Of a DNA stretch of 35,609 nucleotides, positions 23,046 through 30,835 are shown one piece after another. This DNA comes from Pseudomonadales bacterium (GTDB taxonomy: Bacteria; Pseudomonadota; Gammaproteobacteria; Pseudomonadales; UBA5518), in NCBI GenBank assembly GCA_044352225.1, contig JBILEG010000001.1, positions 1 through 35,609 of the forward strand. The letters are read 5' to 3'. Made by a program: the position numbers and the translations under genes. Each line of letters starts with the position of its first letter. Position 1 is the stretch's first letter. The notes below the pieces were generated by a model. It had not been told where the DNA came from. It worked only from the letters and a program-made list of their open reading frames with translations, and did no database searches.

Positions 23046-24288
23046 GCCGCCACGGCGCGGCCTCTTCGCGCTGATCGGGCCGGGGCTGCTGATCGCCGCC
23101 ACCGGTGTCGGTGCGGGTGATCTTGCTACCGCGGCGTTTGCCGGCAGTCAGCTCGGCACCGCGATCCTCTGGGCTGCGGCTCTTGGTGCCTTCCTCAAGT
23201 TCGTGATCAACGAGGGTCTCGCACGCTGGCAACTCGCCACCGGCGAGACGCTGATCGAAGGCGCAGTGCGCCACGGCGGGCGCTGGCTCGCGTGGGTTTT
23301 CCTGCCCTATCTGTGGCTGTGGTCCTTTTTCGTGGGCTCTGCGCTCATGGCCGGTTGCGGTGTGGCGCTGCATGCGTTGCTGCCGTTGGTGGCGGATCCG
23401 GAGCGGGGCAAGATTCTCTGGGGTGTGATCAGCAGCCTGCTCGGGCTCGCGCTCGTGTGGGGCGGCGGTTTTCGCAGTTTCGAGAAAGCCATGAGCGCCT
23501 GCGTGGTGCTGATGGTGGCCAGCATCCTGGTGATGGCCGTGGTGCTGTGGCCCGGTTGGGGCCCGGTGCTGGGCGGCTTGCTGTTGCCGGTGATTCCCTC
23601 AGCCGAGGGCGGCGGGCTGCGCTGGACGGTGGCGATGATGGGCGGCGTGGGCGGCACGCTCACCATGCTCTGCTACGGCTACTGGATCCGCGAGGAAGGC
23701 CGCCGCTCACTCGCGGATCTGAAGACCTGCCGTATCGATCTCGCCTTTGCCTATGGCATGACGGCGTTGTTCGCGATGGCGATGGTGGTCGTGGGCAGCG
23801 CCACACCGCTCGAAGGCAGCGGTGCGCGCTTGCTGCTGCAACTGGCCGAGCAACTCGGTGCTGCGCTGGGGCCGGCGGGGCGCGTGCTGTTCCTGCTCGG
23901 TGTGCTGGGCGCGGTAGTGAGCAGCCTGCTGGGTGTGTGGCAGTCGGTACCGTATCTCTTCGCGGATCTGTGGTCGCTCGCGCGCCACGGCGTGGGTGAG
24001 CAGGGCGCGCGTGATCCCGTGGACACCCGCGCCGCGCCCTATCGCATTTACCTGCTGCTGCTCGCCACGGTGCCCATGATCGGCTTGCTGGTCAGTTTCA
24101 AGGAGATGCAGCGCCTCTATGCCACGGTGGGCTCCACCATCGTGCCGCTGCTGGCCCTCGCGCTTTTGCTCCTGAACGGACGCAGGGCGTGGGTGGGCGC
24201 ATCGGCAAACCGTCCGCTCACGGTATTGGTTCTGCTGGGTGCGCTGGGCTTTTTTGCTGCGTTGGGCTGGTCCGGCCTCGCTGACTGA
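23023..24288 (+). CDS. Nramp-family divalent metal cation transporter
   Basis: LIGPGLLIAATGVGAGDLATAAFAGSQLG and about 11 TM segments fit the Nramp/MntH-like fold. The only in-frame start before the conserved block is the TTG at 23023, which overlaps the SIMPL gene by 23 bp. Confidence 0.75.
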   Translation: MSTTSRTEPPRRGLFALIGPGLLIAATGVGAGDLATAAFAGSQLGTAILWAAALGAFLKFVINEGLARWQLATGETLIEGAVRHGGRWLAWVFLPYLWLWSFFVGSALMAGCGVALHALLPLVADPERGKILWGVISSLLGLALVWGGGFRSFEKAMSACVVLMVASILVMAVVLWPGWGPVLGGLLLPVIPSAEGGGLRWTVAMMGGVGGTLTMLCYGYWIREEGRRSLADLKTCRIDLAFAYGMTALFAMAMVVVGSATPLEGSGARLLLQLAEQLGAALGPAGRVLFLLGVLGAVVSSLLGVWQSVPYLFADLWSLARHGVGEQGARDPVDTRAAPYRIYLLLLATVPMIGLLVSFKEMQRLYATVGSTIVPLLALALLLLNGRRAWVGASANRPLTVLVLLGALGFFAALGWSGLAD

Positions 24289-24368
24289 GGCGTAACGCCT
24301 TACCGATGATTCACTTGCCCCCACCATCCGCGCACCAATAATGGCGCGAAGTGCAGGAGTTCTGGCTC

Positions 24369-25583
24369 ATGGACCGCTACATCGTCATCTCCTCCGACTG
24401 CCACGCCGGCCTGCCGGGCCACATGTACCGCGATTACGTCGATCCGTCGCTGCGCGAGATCTTCGATGTTGCCTATCCGCTGCAGGCCCAGCGCATCAAG
24501 GCCGCTGAAAAAGCCTTCCTGATCCAGGAAATCAACGACCAGTGGCGCTCGGGAATCGAGCAGCAGCTCACCGGCGCGTGGGATCACAGCGAGCGCATCC
24601 GCATGCTCGATGCCGACGGCATCGCGGGCGAGGTGATCTTCGTCGACGGCGTCACCGAGATGAACACGCCGCCCTTCGGCGCCGGCTTGAGCCTGCCCAC
24701 CAAGGACATCGTGCCGGACTTGCAGTGGGCCGGTGCGCGCGCCCACAACCGCTGGCTCGCGGAGCTCTGCTCGCAGGCACCGGCGCGGCATTTCGGCGTG
24801 GCGGTCATGCCGCTGCTGTGGGACGTCGAGCTCGCCGTGAAGGAGTTGCGCATCGCGCACGCAGCCGGCCTGCGCGGCGCCATGATCCCCAACCTCACCG
24901 CGCCCTTCCCGCTCTATCACCACCGTCGCTACGACCCGTTCTGGGAGGCTTGCGAGCAACTCGGCGTTGTCGTGTGCTTCCACTCGGGTGCGGCGCCCAA
25001 TGAGGAATTCTTCGGCCCCGGCTGGCCCGAAAAGGCCGACGCCGATTACCCCGGCGCGATGGGTATCTATGTCTCCGAGATCCTCTGGTGGACCTACCGT
25101 CCGCTCACCTTCCTGATCTGGGGCGGTGTGTTCGAGCGCTTCCCGCGGCTCAAGGTGAGTTTCACCGAGACCGGCTGCGGCTGGATGCTGCCGCCGTACC
25201 TGCGCCTGCTGGACCACAACTACCACGACGTGCAGTTCTCCGCGAAGCTCGGTGATTTCCGCTCGCATCTCTCGATGTCGCCGAGCGATTACTTCCGGCG
25301 CAACGTGGCGATAGGGCAGTCGTGCATGCCGCGCTCGGACGCCGAGATGCGCCACGAGATCGGCCTGGGGCAGCTCATGTGGGGCAGCGACTACCCGCAC
25401 CCCGAGGGCTCGTGGCCGCACACGGCACCGCATCTGCAGAAGACTTTCTCCGGCCTGCCGGATGCGGACATCGCCGCGATCCTCGGCGAGAACGCGATCC
25501 GTTTCTACGGCTTCGACCGCGACGCACTCGCGGGCGTGGCTTCCCGTATCGGTCCGCGCCGCGCGGACTTCACCCCCACCTGA
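24369..25583 (+). CDS. amidohydrolase-2 (ACMSD-like) family metal-dependent hydrolase
   Basis: The ATG at 24369 lies 9 nt after AGGAG. SSDCHAG at the N-terminus, an FHSG block and WGSDYPHPEG near the C-terminus fit the amidohydrolase_2 family. Confidence 0.75.
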   Translation: MDRYIVISSDCHAGLPGHMYRDYVDPSLREIFDVAYPLQAQRIKAAEKAFLIQEINDQWRSGIEQQLTGAWDHSERIRMLDADGIAGEVIFVDGVTEMNTPPFGAGLSLPTKDIVPDLQWAGARAHNRWLAELCSQAPARHFGVAVMPLLWDVELAVKELRIAHAAGLRGAMIPNLTAPFPLYHHRRYDPFWEACEQLGVVVCFHSGAAPNEEFFGPGWPEKADADYPGAMGIYVSEILWWTYRPLTFLIWGGVFERFPRLKVSFTETGCGWMLPPYLRLLDHNYHDVQFSAKLGDFRSHLSMSPSDYFRRNVAIGQSCMPRSDAEMRHEIGLGQLMWGSDYPHPEGSWPHTAPHLQKTFSGLPDADIAAILGENAIRFYGFDRDALAGVASRIGPRRADFTPT

Positions 25584-25597
25584 CAGAGGTATTCCCC

Positions 25598-26611
25598 ATG
25601 GGCAAGCGTTACGACTTCCCGATTCCCTTCGGCTGGTATGCCGTCAGCCTTTCGCGCGATCTGGCGGTGGGCGAGGTCAAACCCCTGCACTACTTCGGCA
25701 AGGAACTCGTGCTGTTCCGCACCGAGAGCGGCGAAGCCAAGCTCCTCGACGCCTACTGCCCGCACCTGGGTGCGCACATCGGGCATGGCGGCAAGGTGAA
25801 GGGCGAGCACGTGGCCTGCCCGTTCCACGGCTGGGAGTTCAACGGCGAGGGCGTGTGCAAGCACATCCCTTACGCCAAGAACATGCCCCCGCGTGCCGAC
25901 GGCAAGCAGACGCTGCACGCCTATCCCGTGCAGGAGCAGAACAGCGTGGTGTGGGCCTGGTACCACCCCGATTGCGTGGCTCCGCTATTCGAGCTGGATG
26001 TCGTGCCTGAAGTGGGCGATCCGGGCTGGACGGATTTCCGCGTCTACGAGTGGACCATCAACACCGTGATCCAGGAGGCGGCCGAGAACGCTGCCGATGC
26101 CGCGCACTTCGTCTACGTGCACACCGCCAAAGACATTCCCCGTGGCGAGATCACGCACGAGGGGCACCGGCGCTTCGCCCGCTACGTGGGCAAGACGGCC
26201 GACATGGATGAGAACGGCCAGATCGACACCACCGGCACCCGCTGGCGCGAGACCGTCCTCGAGACCGCGAACTGCGGCCCGGGCATGACGCGCCAGCGTT
26301 TCATGGGGCTCTGCGACACCATCCAGATGGGGCTGGTGACACCCATCGACGACCAGAGCATGCATCTGCGTTTCTGCTTCATCCAGCCGCAGGGCCTGAA
26401 CCCGCTGCAGCAGTTCATCGCACAGGCACTGACTGACGAGATCTCGCGGCAGGTGGAGCAGGACATCCCGATCTGGAACAACAAGATCTTCCAGCCCAAC
26501 CCCATCCTCTGCGACGGTGACGGCCCGATTGCGCAGTTCCGGCGCTGGTTCTCCCAGTTCTATGCCAAGCCCTCGGGCGAGGATGCGCTGAAGCTCCGCG
26601 CTGTGTCCTGA
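25598..26611 (+). CDS. Rieske [2Fe-2S] non-heme-iron oxygenase, KshA-like alpha subunit
   Basis: ATG at 25598. Rieske motif CPHLGAHIGHGG...CPFHGWEF. Mononuclear iron motif ENAADAAHFVYVH. The length (337 aa) and C-terminal helices resemble KshA-type oxygenases. Confidence 0.85.
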   Translation: MGKRYDFPIPFGWYAVSLSRDLAVGEVKPLHYFGKELVLFRTESGEAKLLDAYCPHLGAHIGHGGKVKGEHVACPFHGWEFNGEGVCKHIPYAKNMPPRADGKQTLHAYPVQEQNSVVWAWYHPDCVAPLFELDVVPEVGDPGWTDFRVYEWTINTVIQEAAENAADAAHFVYVHTAKDIPRGEITHEGHRRFARYVGKTADMDENGQIDTTGTRWRETVLETANCGPGMTRQRFMGLCDTIQMGLVTPIDDQSMHLRFCFIQPQGLNPLQQFIAQALTDEISRQVEQDIPIWNNKIFQPNPILCDGDGPIAQFRRWFSQFYAKPSGEDALKLRAVS

Positions 26612-26635
26612 GTGCGAGCCCTGCCGCTCCGGCGC

Positions 26636-27940
26636 TCAGCCGGGGCGGCTTTTCTGTCTTGAGCGCCTGCCTGCTGCAGGCGCTGCAGGCTTAGCTCCAG
26701 TCTTCTTTTTCTTCTTTTTCTTTTCGGGCTGCGCCTTGCCGCTGGGTGCGTCCTTTCTCTCAGGCCGCGCCGGCGGAGGCTTGTTGGGGCCGGTCGCGGG
26801 TACGCGGTGCTTCGGCTCGAAGCCTTCCACCTCGCGCCGTGGCAGTTGCTTGCCGATCAGCGTCTCGATGGCGGTGAGTTGCACGGCTTCATCGGCGCAG
26901 ACCAGCGTGATCGCCTCGCCCACTTCGCCCGCGCGGGCCGTGCGCCCGATGCGGTGCACGTAGCCTTCCGCACTCACGGGCAGGTCGAGGTTCACCACCA
27001 GCGGGAGGGACGTGATGTCGAGCCCGCGCGCTGCCACGTCGGTGGCCACCAGCACCCGCGTCTCTCCTGCATTGAAGCGCTTCAGCGCCGCAAGGCGGGC
27101 GTGTTGGGGGATCTCTCCGTGGATCGCCTCGCTGGAGACGCCCGAATAACGCAGGCTGACGAGCACTTCGTCCACGCGCTTGCGCGTCTTGGCGAAGACC
27201 AGAAGCCGCTGCCAGCGCCGCGTGCGCAGCAGGTGGCAGAAGAGTTCGAGCTTGCGCTGCTTGTCGCAGGGGATCAGTGACTGCCGGATCGCGCTCACCG
27301 TGGTGTTGCGCGGCGTGGCGTCGATCTCCAGCGGGTAGTGCAGCATCGTCGCGGCCAGCGCGCGGATTTCGTCGGGGAAGGTCGCGGAGAAGAGCATGGT
27401 CTGCCGGCGCTTGGGCAAGAGCGCCAGGATCTCGCCGATGTCGCGGCTGAAACCCATGTCGAGCATGCGGTCCGCCTCGTCCAGCACGAGCAGCCGTACG
27501 CCGCCCAGACGAAGCGCGTTCTTTGCCTGCAGGTCGAGCAGTCGCCCGGGCGTTGCCACCAGGATGTCGGCGCCGCGGCGCAGCGCCATCATCTGCGGGT
27601 TGATGCTCACACCGCCGTAGGCCGCGAAGACACGCATGCGGATACTGGTGGTGTAGCTCCGGAGCGTGTCGGATACCTGCTGCGCCAGTTCGCGCGTGGG
27701 CACCAGCACCAGCGCGTGGATGCTGTTCGGAGGTGCCTCCGGCGATTCGGAGAGCAGCTGGATCAGTGGCAGCGCGAAGCCTGCGGTCTTGCCGGTGCCG
27801 GTCTGCGCCGCGGCGATGATGTCGCGGCCGCGCAGCGCAGCGGGTATGGCCTGCTTCTGGATCGGCGTCGGGGTGTGCTGGCCCAGGTCGGCGAGGGCCT
27901 TCAGCAGGGGTTCGATCAGGCCGAGGTCCTTGAAACTCAT
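26636..27940 (-). CDS. rhlE: DEAD-box ATP-dependent RNA helicase (RhlE-like) with a Lys/Arg-rich C-terminal tail
   Basis: Q-motif TPTPIQKQAIP, motif I AQTGTGKT, DEAD (VLDEADRMLDMGF), SAT and HRIGRTARAG. The tail is ...EKKKKKKKTGAKPAAPAAGRRSRQKSRPG. Confidence 0.9.
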   Translation of the reverse strand: MSFKDLGLIEPLLKALADLGQHTPTPIQKQAIPAALRGRDIIAAAQTGTGKTAGFALPLIQLLSESPEAPPNSIHALVLVPTRELAQQVSDTLRSYTTSIRMRVFAAYGGVSINPQMMALRRGADILVATPGRLLDLQAKNALRLGGVRLLVLDEADRMLDMGFSRDIGEILALLPKRRQTMLFSATFPDEIRALAATMLHYPLEIDATPRNTTVSAIRQSLIPCDKQRKLELFCHLLRTRRWQRLLVFAKTRKRVDEVLVSLRYSGVSSEAIHGEIPQHARLAALKRFNAGETRVLVATDVAARGLDITSLPLVVNLDLPVSAEGYVHRIGRTARAGEVGEAITLVCADEAVQLTAIETLIGKQLPRREVEGFEPKHRVPATGPNKPPPARPERKDAPSGKAQPEKKKKKKKTGAKPAAPAAGRRSRQKSRPG

Positions 27941-27963
27941 CTCTCTGCCACCGTTCGCGTCTC

Positions 27964-27990
27964 AAAAAAAAGCCCGGACGGATCCGGGCT
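27964..27990 (-). terminator. rho-independent terminator after the RRM gene, 23 nt upstream of the helicase ATG
   Basis: On the minus strand, AGCCCGGA-tccg-TCCGGGCT (8-bp GC-rich stem, 27971-27990) is followed by a run of 8 T (27964-27971). A second 7-bp hairpin (27997-28016) lies just upstream. Confidence 0.7.
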
Positions 27991-28032
27991 CTCTGTGCGC
28001 CCCGGTGAGGGGGCGCCTGCGGGGGCGCTCGC

Positions 28033-28416
28033 TTACCAGCGGCCGCCACCGCCGCCGTAGCCACCGCCGCCGCCGGAGCGGCCACCGCCGCCACCGCCGC
28101 CACCGCCGTAGCCACCGCGGCCACCGCCGCCGCCGCCGCCGGGACGGCCACCGCCGCCACCCGTGCGCTCGCGCTCCATGGCCACGTTCACCTTGAGGGC
28201 GCGGCCCCCGAGGTCACGGCCGTTCAGTTCCAGCGCCTTTTCGGCCGCGGCCTGAGTGGCGAAGGTGACGAAGGCAAATCCCTTCGGGCGACCGGTCTCG
28301 CGATCCATGATCAGGGCGAGGTCCGTGATGTCGCCGTATTGCGAGAACAGGTCGCGCAGTTGCGACTCGTCCACGGAATACGGGAAGTTGCCGACGTAAA
28401 GTTTGTTCTGCTGCAT
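28033..28416 (-). CDS. RRM-type RNA-binding protein with a glycine-rich RGG/YGG C-terminal tail
   Basis: RNP-2 LYVGNF and RNP-1 KGFAFVTF define an RRM of about 80 aa. The tail is TGGGGGRPGGGGGGGRGGYGGGGGGGGGRSGGGGGYGGGGGRW. ATG at 28416 preceded by GGAG. Confidence 0.85.
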   Translation of the reverse strand: MQQNKLYVGNFPYSVDESQLRDLFSQYGDITDLALIMDRETGRPKGFAFVTFATQAAAEKALELNGRDLGGRALKVNVAMERERTGGGGGRPGGGGGGGRGGYGGGGGGGGGRSGGGGGYGGGGGRW

Positions 28417-28433
28417 GAGAGGTGGCTCCGGTT

Positions 28434-28625
28434 TCAGGTTTCACCGGCTTTTTCGTCGGTACCGGCAGATGCCGGTACTGGGGACAACGAATCGGCCGTC
28501 GCATCATCCGACGCAAAGGCGGGTTGAGCCTTGCGCTGGTTCTTCTCCTGCTGCTTTTCTTCTTTTTTCTGCTTCTTGGCGAGTTCGCGCTGCCGCTTCT
28601 GGAACGAGTAGTTGGGCTTTGCCAC
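28434..28625 (-). CDS. small basic hypothetical protein (63 aa)
   Basis: The GTG at 28625 lies 5 nt after AGGTGA. The N-terminal half is highly basic (AKPNYSFQKRQRELAKKQKKEEKQQEKNQRK) and the C-terminal half acidic and disordered. It ends 17 bp before the RRM gene on the same strand. I recognise no family with confidence. Confidence 0.5.
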   Translation of the reverse strand: MAKPNYSFQKRQRELAKKQKKEEKQQEKNQRKAQPAFASDDATADSLSPVPASAGTDEKAGET

Positions 28626-28856
28626 GAGTCACCTGCGAGGGGAACAAAGAATCCTGCGACGGGAGTACCGGAATCGGGGGCTGGGGCCTGTTCGGACAGC
28701 CCGGGCGATACCCGGTTGCACGGATGGTAACCCGTCTGGCGCCGGATAGCTTGCATCTTGTTCCGGAACCTTTACAGACGCGCGCGGCCGCCAAACGATC
28801 CGGTAGACTCCCCGGCCCGTAGTGCCTCCTCATCCGAATCCTCAGGAAACGCCCCC

Positions 28857-29975
28857 ATGCCCGGCCTGCTGCCCGACATCGACCCCGAAGGTTTGCTCGA
28901 ATTCTCGGTGGTCTTCACCGACCGCTCGCTGAACCACATGTCGGGCCGCTTCCAGGGCGCCATGCGCGATATCTCCGCGCTGCTGAAGCAGGTCTACCAC
29001 GCCGAGGCCGTGGCCGTGGTGCCGGGTGGCGGCACCTACGCCATGGAAGCGGTGGCCCGGCAGTTCGGCACCGGCAAGAAGTGCCTGATCGTGCGCAACG
29101 GCTGGTTCAGCTTCCGCTGGACCCAGATCCTGGATGCCGGCGGCATCGCCTCTTCCTCCGTGGTGCTGAAGGCCCGCCCCATGGAAGCCGGCGCGCAGCC
29201 CGGCTGGGCGCCCGCGCCCATCGAAGAGATCGAGGCCGCTATTGCCGCCGAACGCCCGGATATGGTCTTCGCCCCGCACGTCGAGACCTCTGCGGGCATG
29301 CTGTTGCCGGATGAATACCTGCGCCGCATTTCGGCTGCCGCGCACGCGGTGGGTGCGCTCTTTGTGCTCGACTGCATCGCCTCGGGCACGCTGTGGGTGG
29401 ACATGCAGGCAACCGGCGTGGATCTCCTGATCAGCGCGCCGCAGAAGGGCTGGAGCGCCTCGCCTTGCAGCGGGCTGGTGATGTTCAGCGCCGCTGCGCG
29501 TGAGCGCATCGAATCCACCACGAGTTCGAGCTTTGCCGTGGACCTGAAGAAATGGCTGCAGATCATGGCGACCTACGAGAACGGCGGTCACGCCTACCAC
29601 GCCACCATGCCCACCGATGCGCTGCTGCATTTTCGCGACACCATGCTCGAAACCGCGGAGTACGGCTTCGACAAGGTCAAGGAGGAGCAGCTGGAGTTGG
29701 GTCGGCAGGTGCGGGACTTGCTGAAGGCCAAAGGCTTCCGCAGCGTGGCTGCGCCGGGCTTCGAGGCGCCGGGCGTGGTCGTCTGCCACACCGAGGACCC
29801 AGAGATGCAGAACGGCAAGAAGATGCGTGAGAAGGGCCTGCAGATTGCCGCAGGAGTGCCGCTGCAGTGCGACGAGGGCCCGGAGTTCCGGACGTTCCGT
29901 ATCGGACTGTTCGGCCTGGACAAGCTCCACAACCCGGCGCGCTGCGTGGCGCAGCTTGAGGCTGCGCTGGGCTGA
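28857..29975 (+). CDS. class V aminotransferase (alanine-glyoxylate / serine-pyruvate type, PLP-dependent)
   Basis: ATG at 28857. FTDRSLNHMS, GGGTYAMEA, APHVETSAG, VLDCIASG and the PLP-lysine block ISAPQKGW fit the class V fold-type I family. Confidence 0.85.
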   Translation: MPGLLPDIDPEGLLEFSVVFTDRSLNHMSGRFQGAMRDISALLKQVYHAEAVAVVPGGGTYAMEAVARQFGTGKKCLIVRNGWFSFRWTQILDAGGIASSSVVLKARPMEAGAQPGWAPAPIEEIEAAIAAERPDMVFAPHVETSAGMLLPDEYLRRISAAAHAVGALFVLDCIASGTLWVDMQATGVDLLISAPQKGWSASPCSGLVMFSAAARERIESTTSSSFAVDLKKWLQIMATYENGGHAYHATMPTDALLHFRDTMLETAEYGFDKVKEEQLELGRQVRDLLKAKGFRSVAAPGFEAPGVVVCHTEDPEMQNGKKMREKGLQIAAGVPLQCDEGPEFRTFRIGLFGLDKLHNPARCVAQLEAALG

Positions 29976-29992
29976 TTGCCTCGGGTCTTGTT

Positions 29993-30093
29993 GTTGGAGC
30001 GGGCCATTCCCCGCTAGCGGAGTCTGGACAGGTTGCTGTCGCGGGCATGGCCCGGTCCTACGGGGATTGGTCGCGGGCATGGCCCGCTCCTGC
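29993..30093. repeat. REP cluster: 1 degenerate inverted copy plus 2 direct copies, between convergent genes
   Basis: GTTGGAGCGGGCCATTCCCCGC (29993-30014, inverted), GTCGCGGGCATGGCCCGGTCCTAC (30038-30061) and GGTCGCGGGCATGGCCCGCTCCTGC (30069-30093). Same family as at 22015-22266. Confidence 0.75.
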
Positions 30094-30113
30094 GGGAGGG
30101 TGGGCAGGGCTGC

Positions 30114-30809
30114 TTACAGCAGCACGGTAGGCCTGCCCGAGAGCACATAAGAGATGCTCGTGGGCTCCAGGAAAAAGGCTACATCCGGCTCCACCATGCC
30201 AGCCTGCTCGGGCACGCATATCGAGTCGATCCAGGCCTCCAGCGAATCGAACCACTGTTCCGTCACGCCGTCGTAGTCCGCGTCCGGAAGGTCGAGGCCG
30301 TGGTTCTGGTCGTAATGGCGCACGGGTTCGCTGAGCGCGGGCACATTGCGGTAGAGACTGCCGTGGTGCTCGCGCCAGTGCGCGTGGAAGGCTGGCAGAT
30401 CCAGTGCGGCGTTGTGGCGCACGATGGCCGAGAGCCGAAGCCCAGCCTCCTTGCCGCCCGTGCGCTCCACGATCACCGTGGGCGCCGCCGTGACCACGCT
30501 CGCGCTGCTCTGCGCCAACAGTCCTTCGCTCCACTCCGCCGGCAACGCCGCATCGAAGGCCGCCAGTGCCGCCTCGTCTGCGAAGGACTGCACCGAGACG
30601 CCGTCCCACTGCAGGTTTTCCAGTTCGGTCGCCTCGCGGCTGCGGGCGTAATCCTCGTCGAGCCGATGCAGCAATTCCCAGTGGAGCAGATGCCTGCGCA
30701 GCGCGGGATCCGCGGCCAGCACCTGCGTGTGACGCGCGATCCACGCCGGATGGAAGGCCTCGGGCGAGAGGCCCGCGGCGCGTCTCACGAAGCTGAAACG
30801 TTTGATCAT
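30114..30809 (-). CDS. tandem EthD-domain protein
   Basis: The ATG at 30809 follows AGGAGG. Two EthD-like halves begin MIKRFSFVRRAAGLSPEAFHPAWIARH and LRLSAIVRHNAALDLPAFHAHWREHH. The rest of track ORF 30114..32339 is antisense to the next gene. Confidence 0.7.
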   Translation of the reverse strand: MIKRFSFVRRAAGLSPEAFHPAWIARHTQVLAADPALRRHLLHWELLHRLDEDYARSREATELENLQWDGVSVQSFADEAALAAFDAALPAEWSEGLLAQSSASVVTAAPTVIVERTGGKEAGLRLSAIVRHNAALDLPAFHAHWREHHGSLYRNVPALSEPVRHYDQNHGLDLPDADYDGVTEQWFDSLEAWIDSICVPEQAGMVEPDVAFFLEPTSISYVLSGRPTVLL

Positions 30810-30835
30810 CGGGCTGCCTCCTGTGCGGTTGTGGA

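Noticed and set aside
26701-26724. Poly-lysine codon tract in the helicase as a ribosome-sliding or frameshift site
   Set aside because: The Lys codons alternate between AAG and AAA. The longest uninterrupted A run is 5 nt, well below the lengths associated with poly(A) sliding, and no alternative-frame ORF continues from it.
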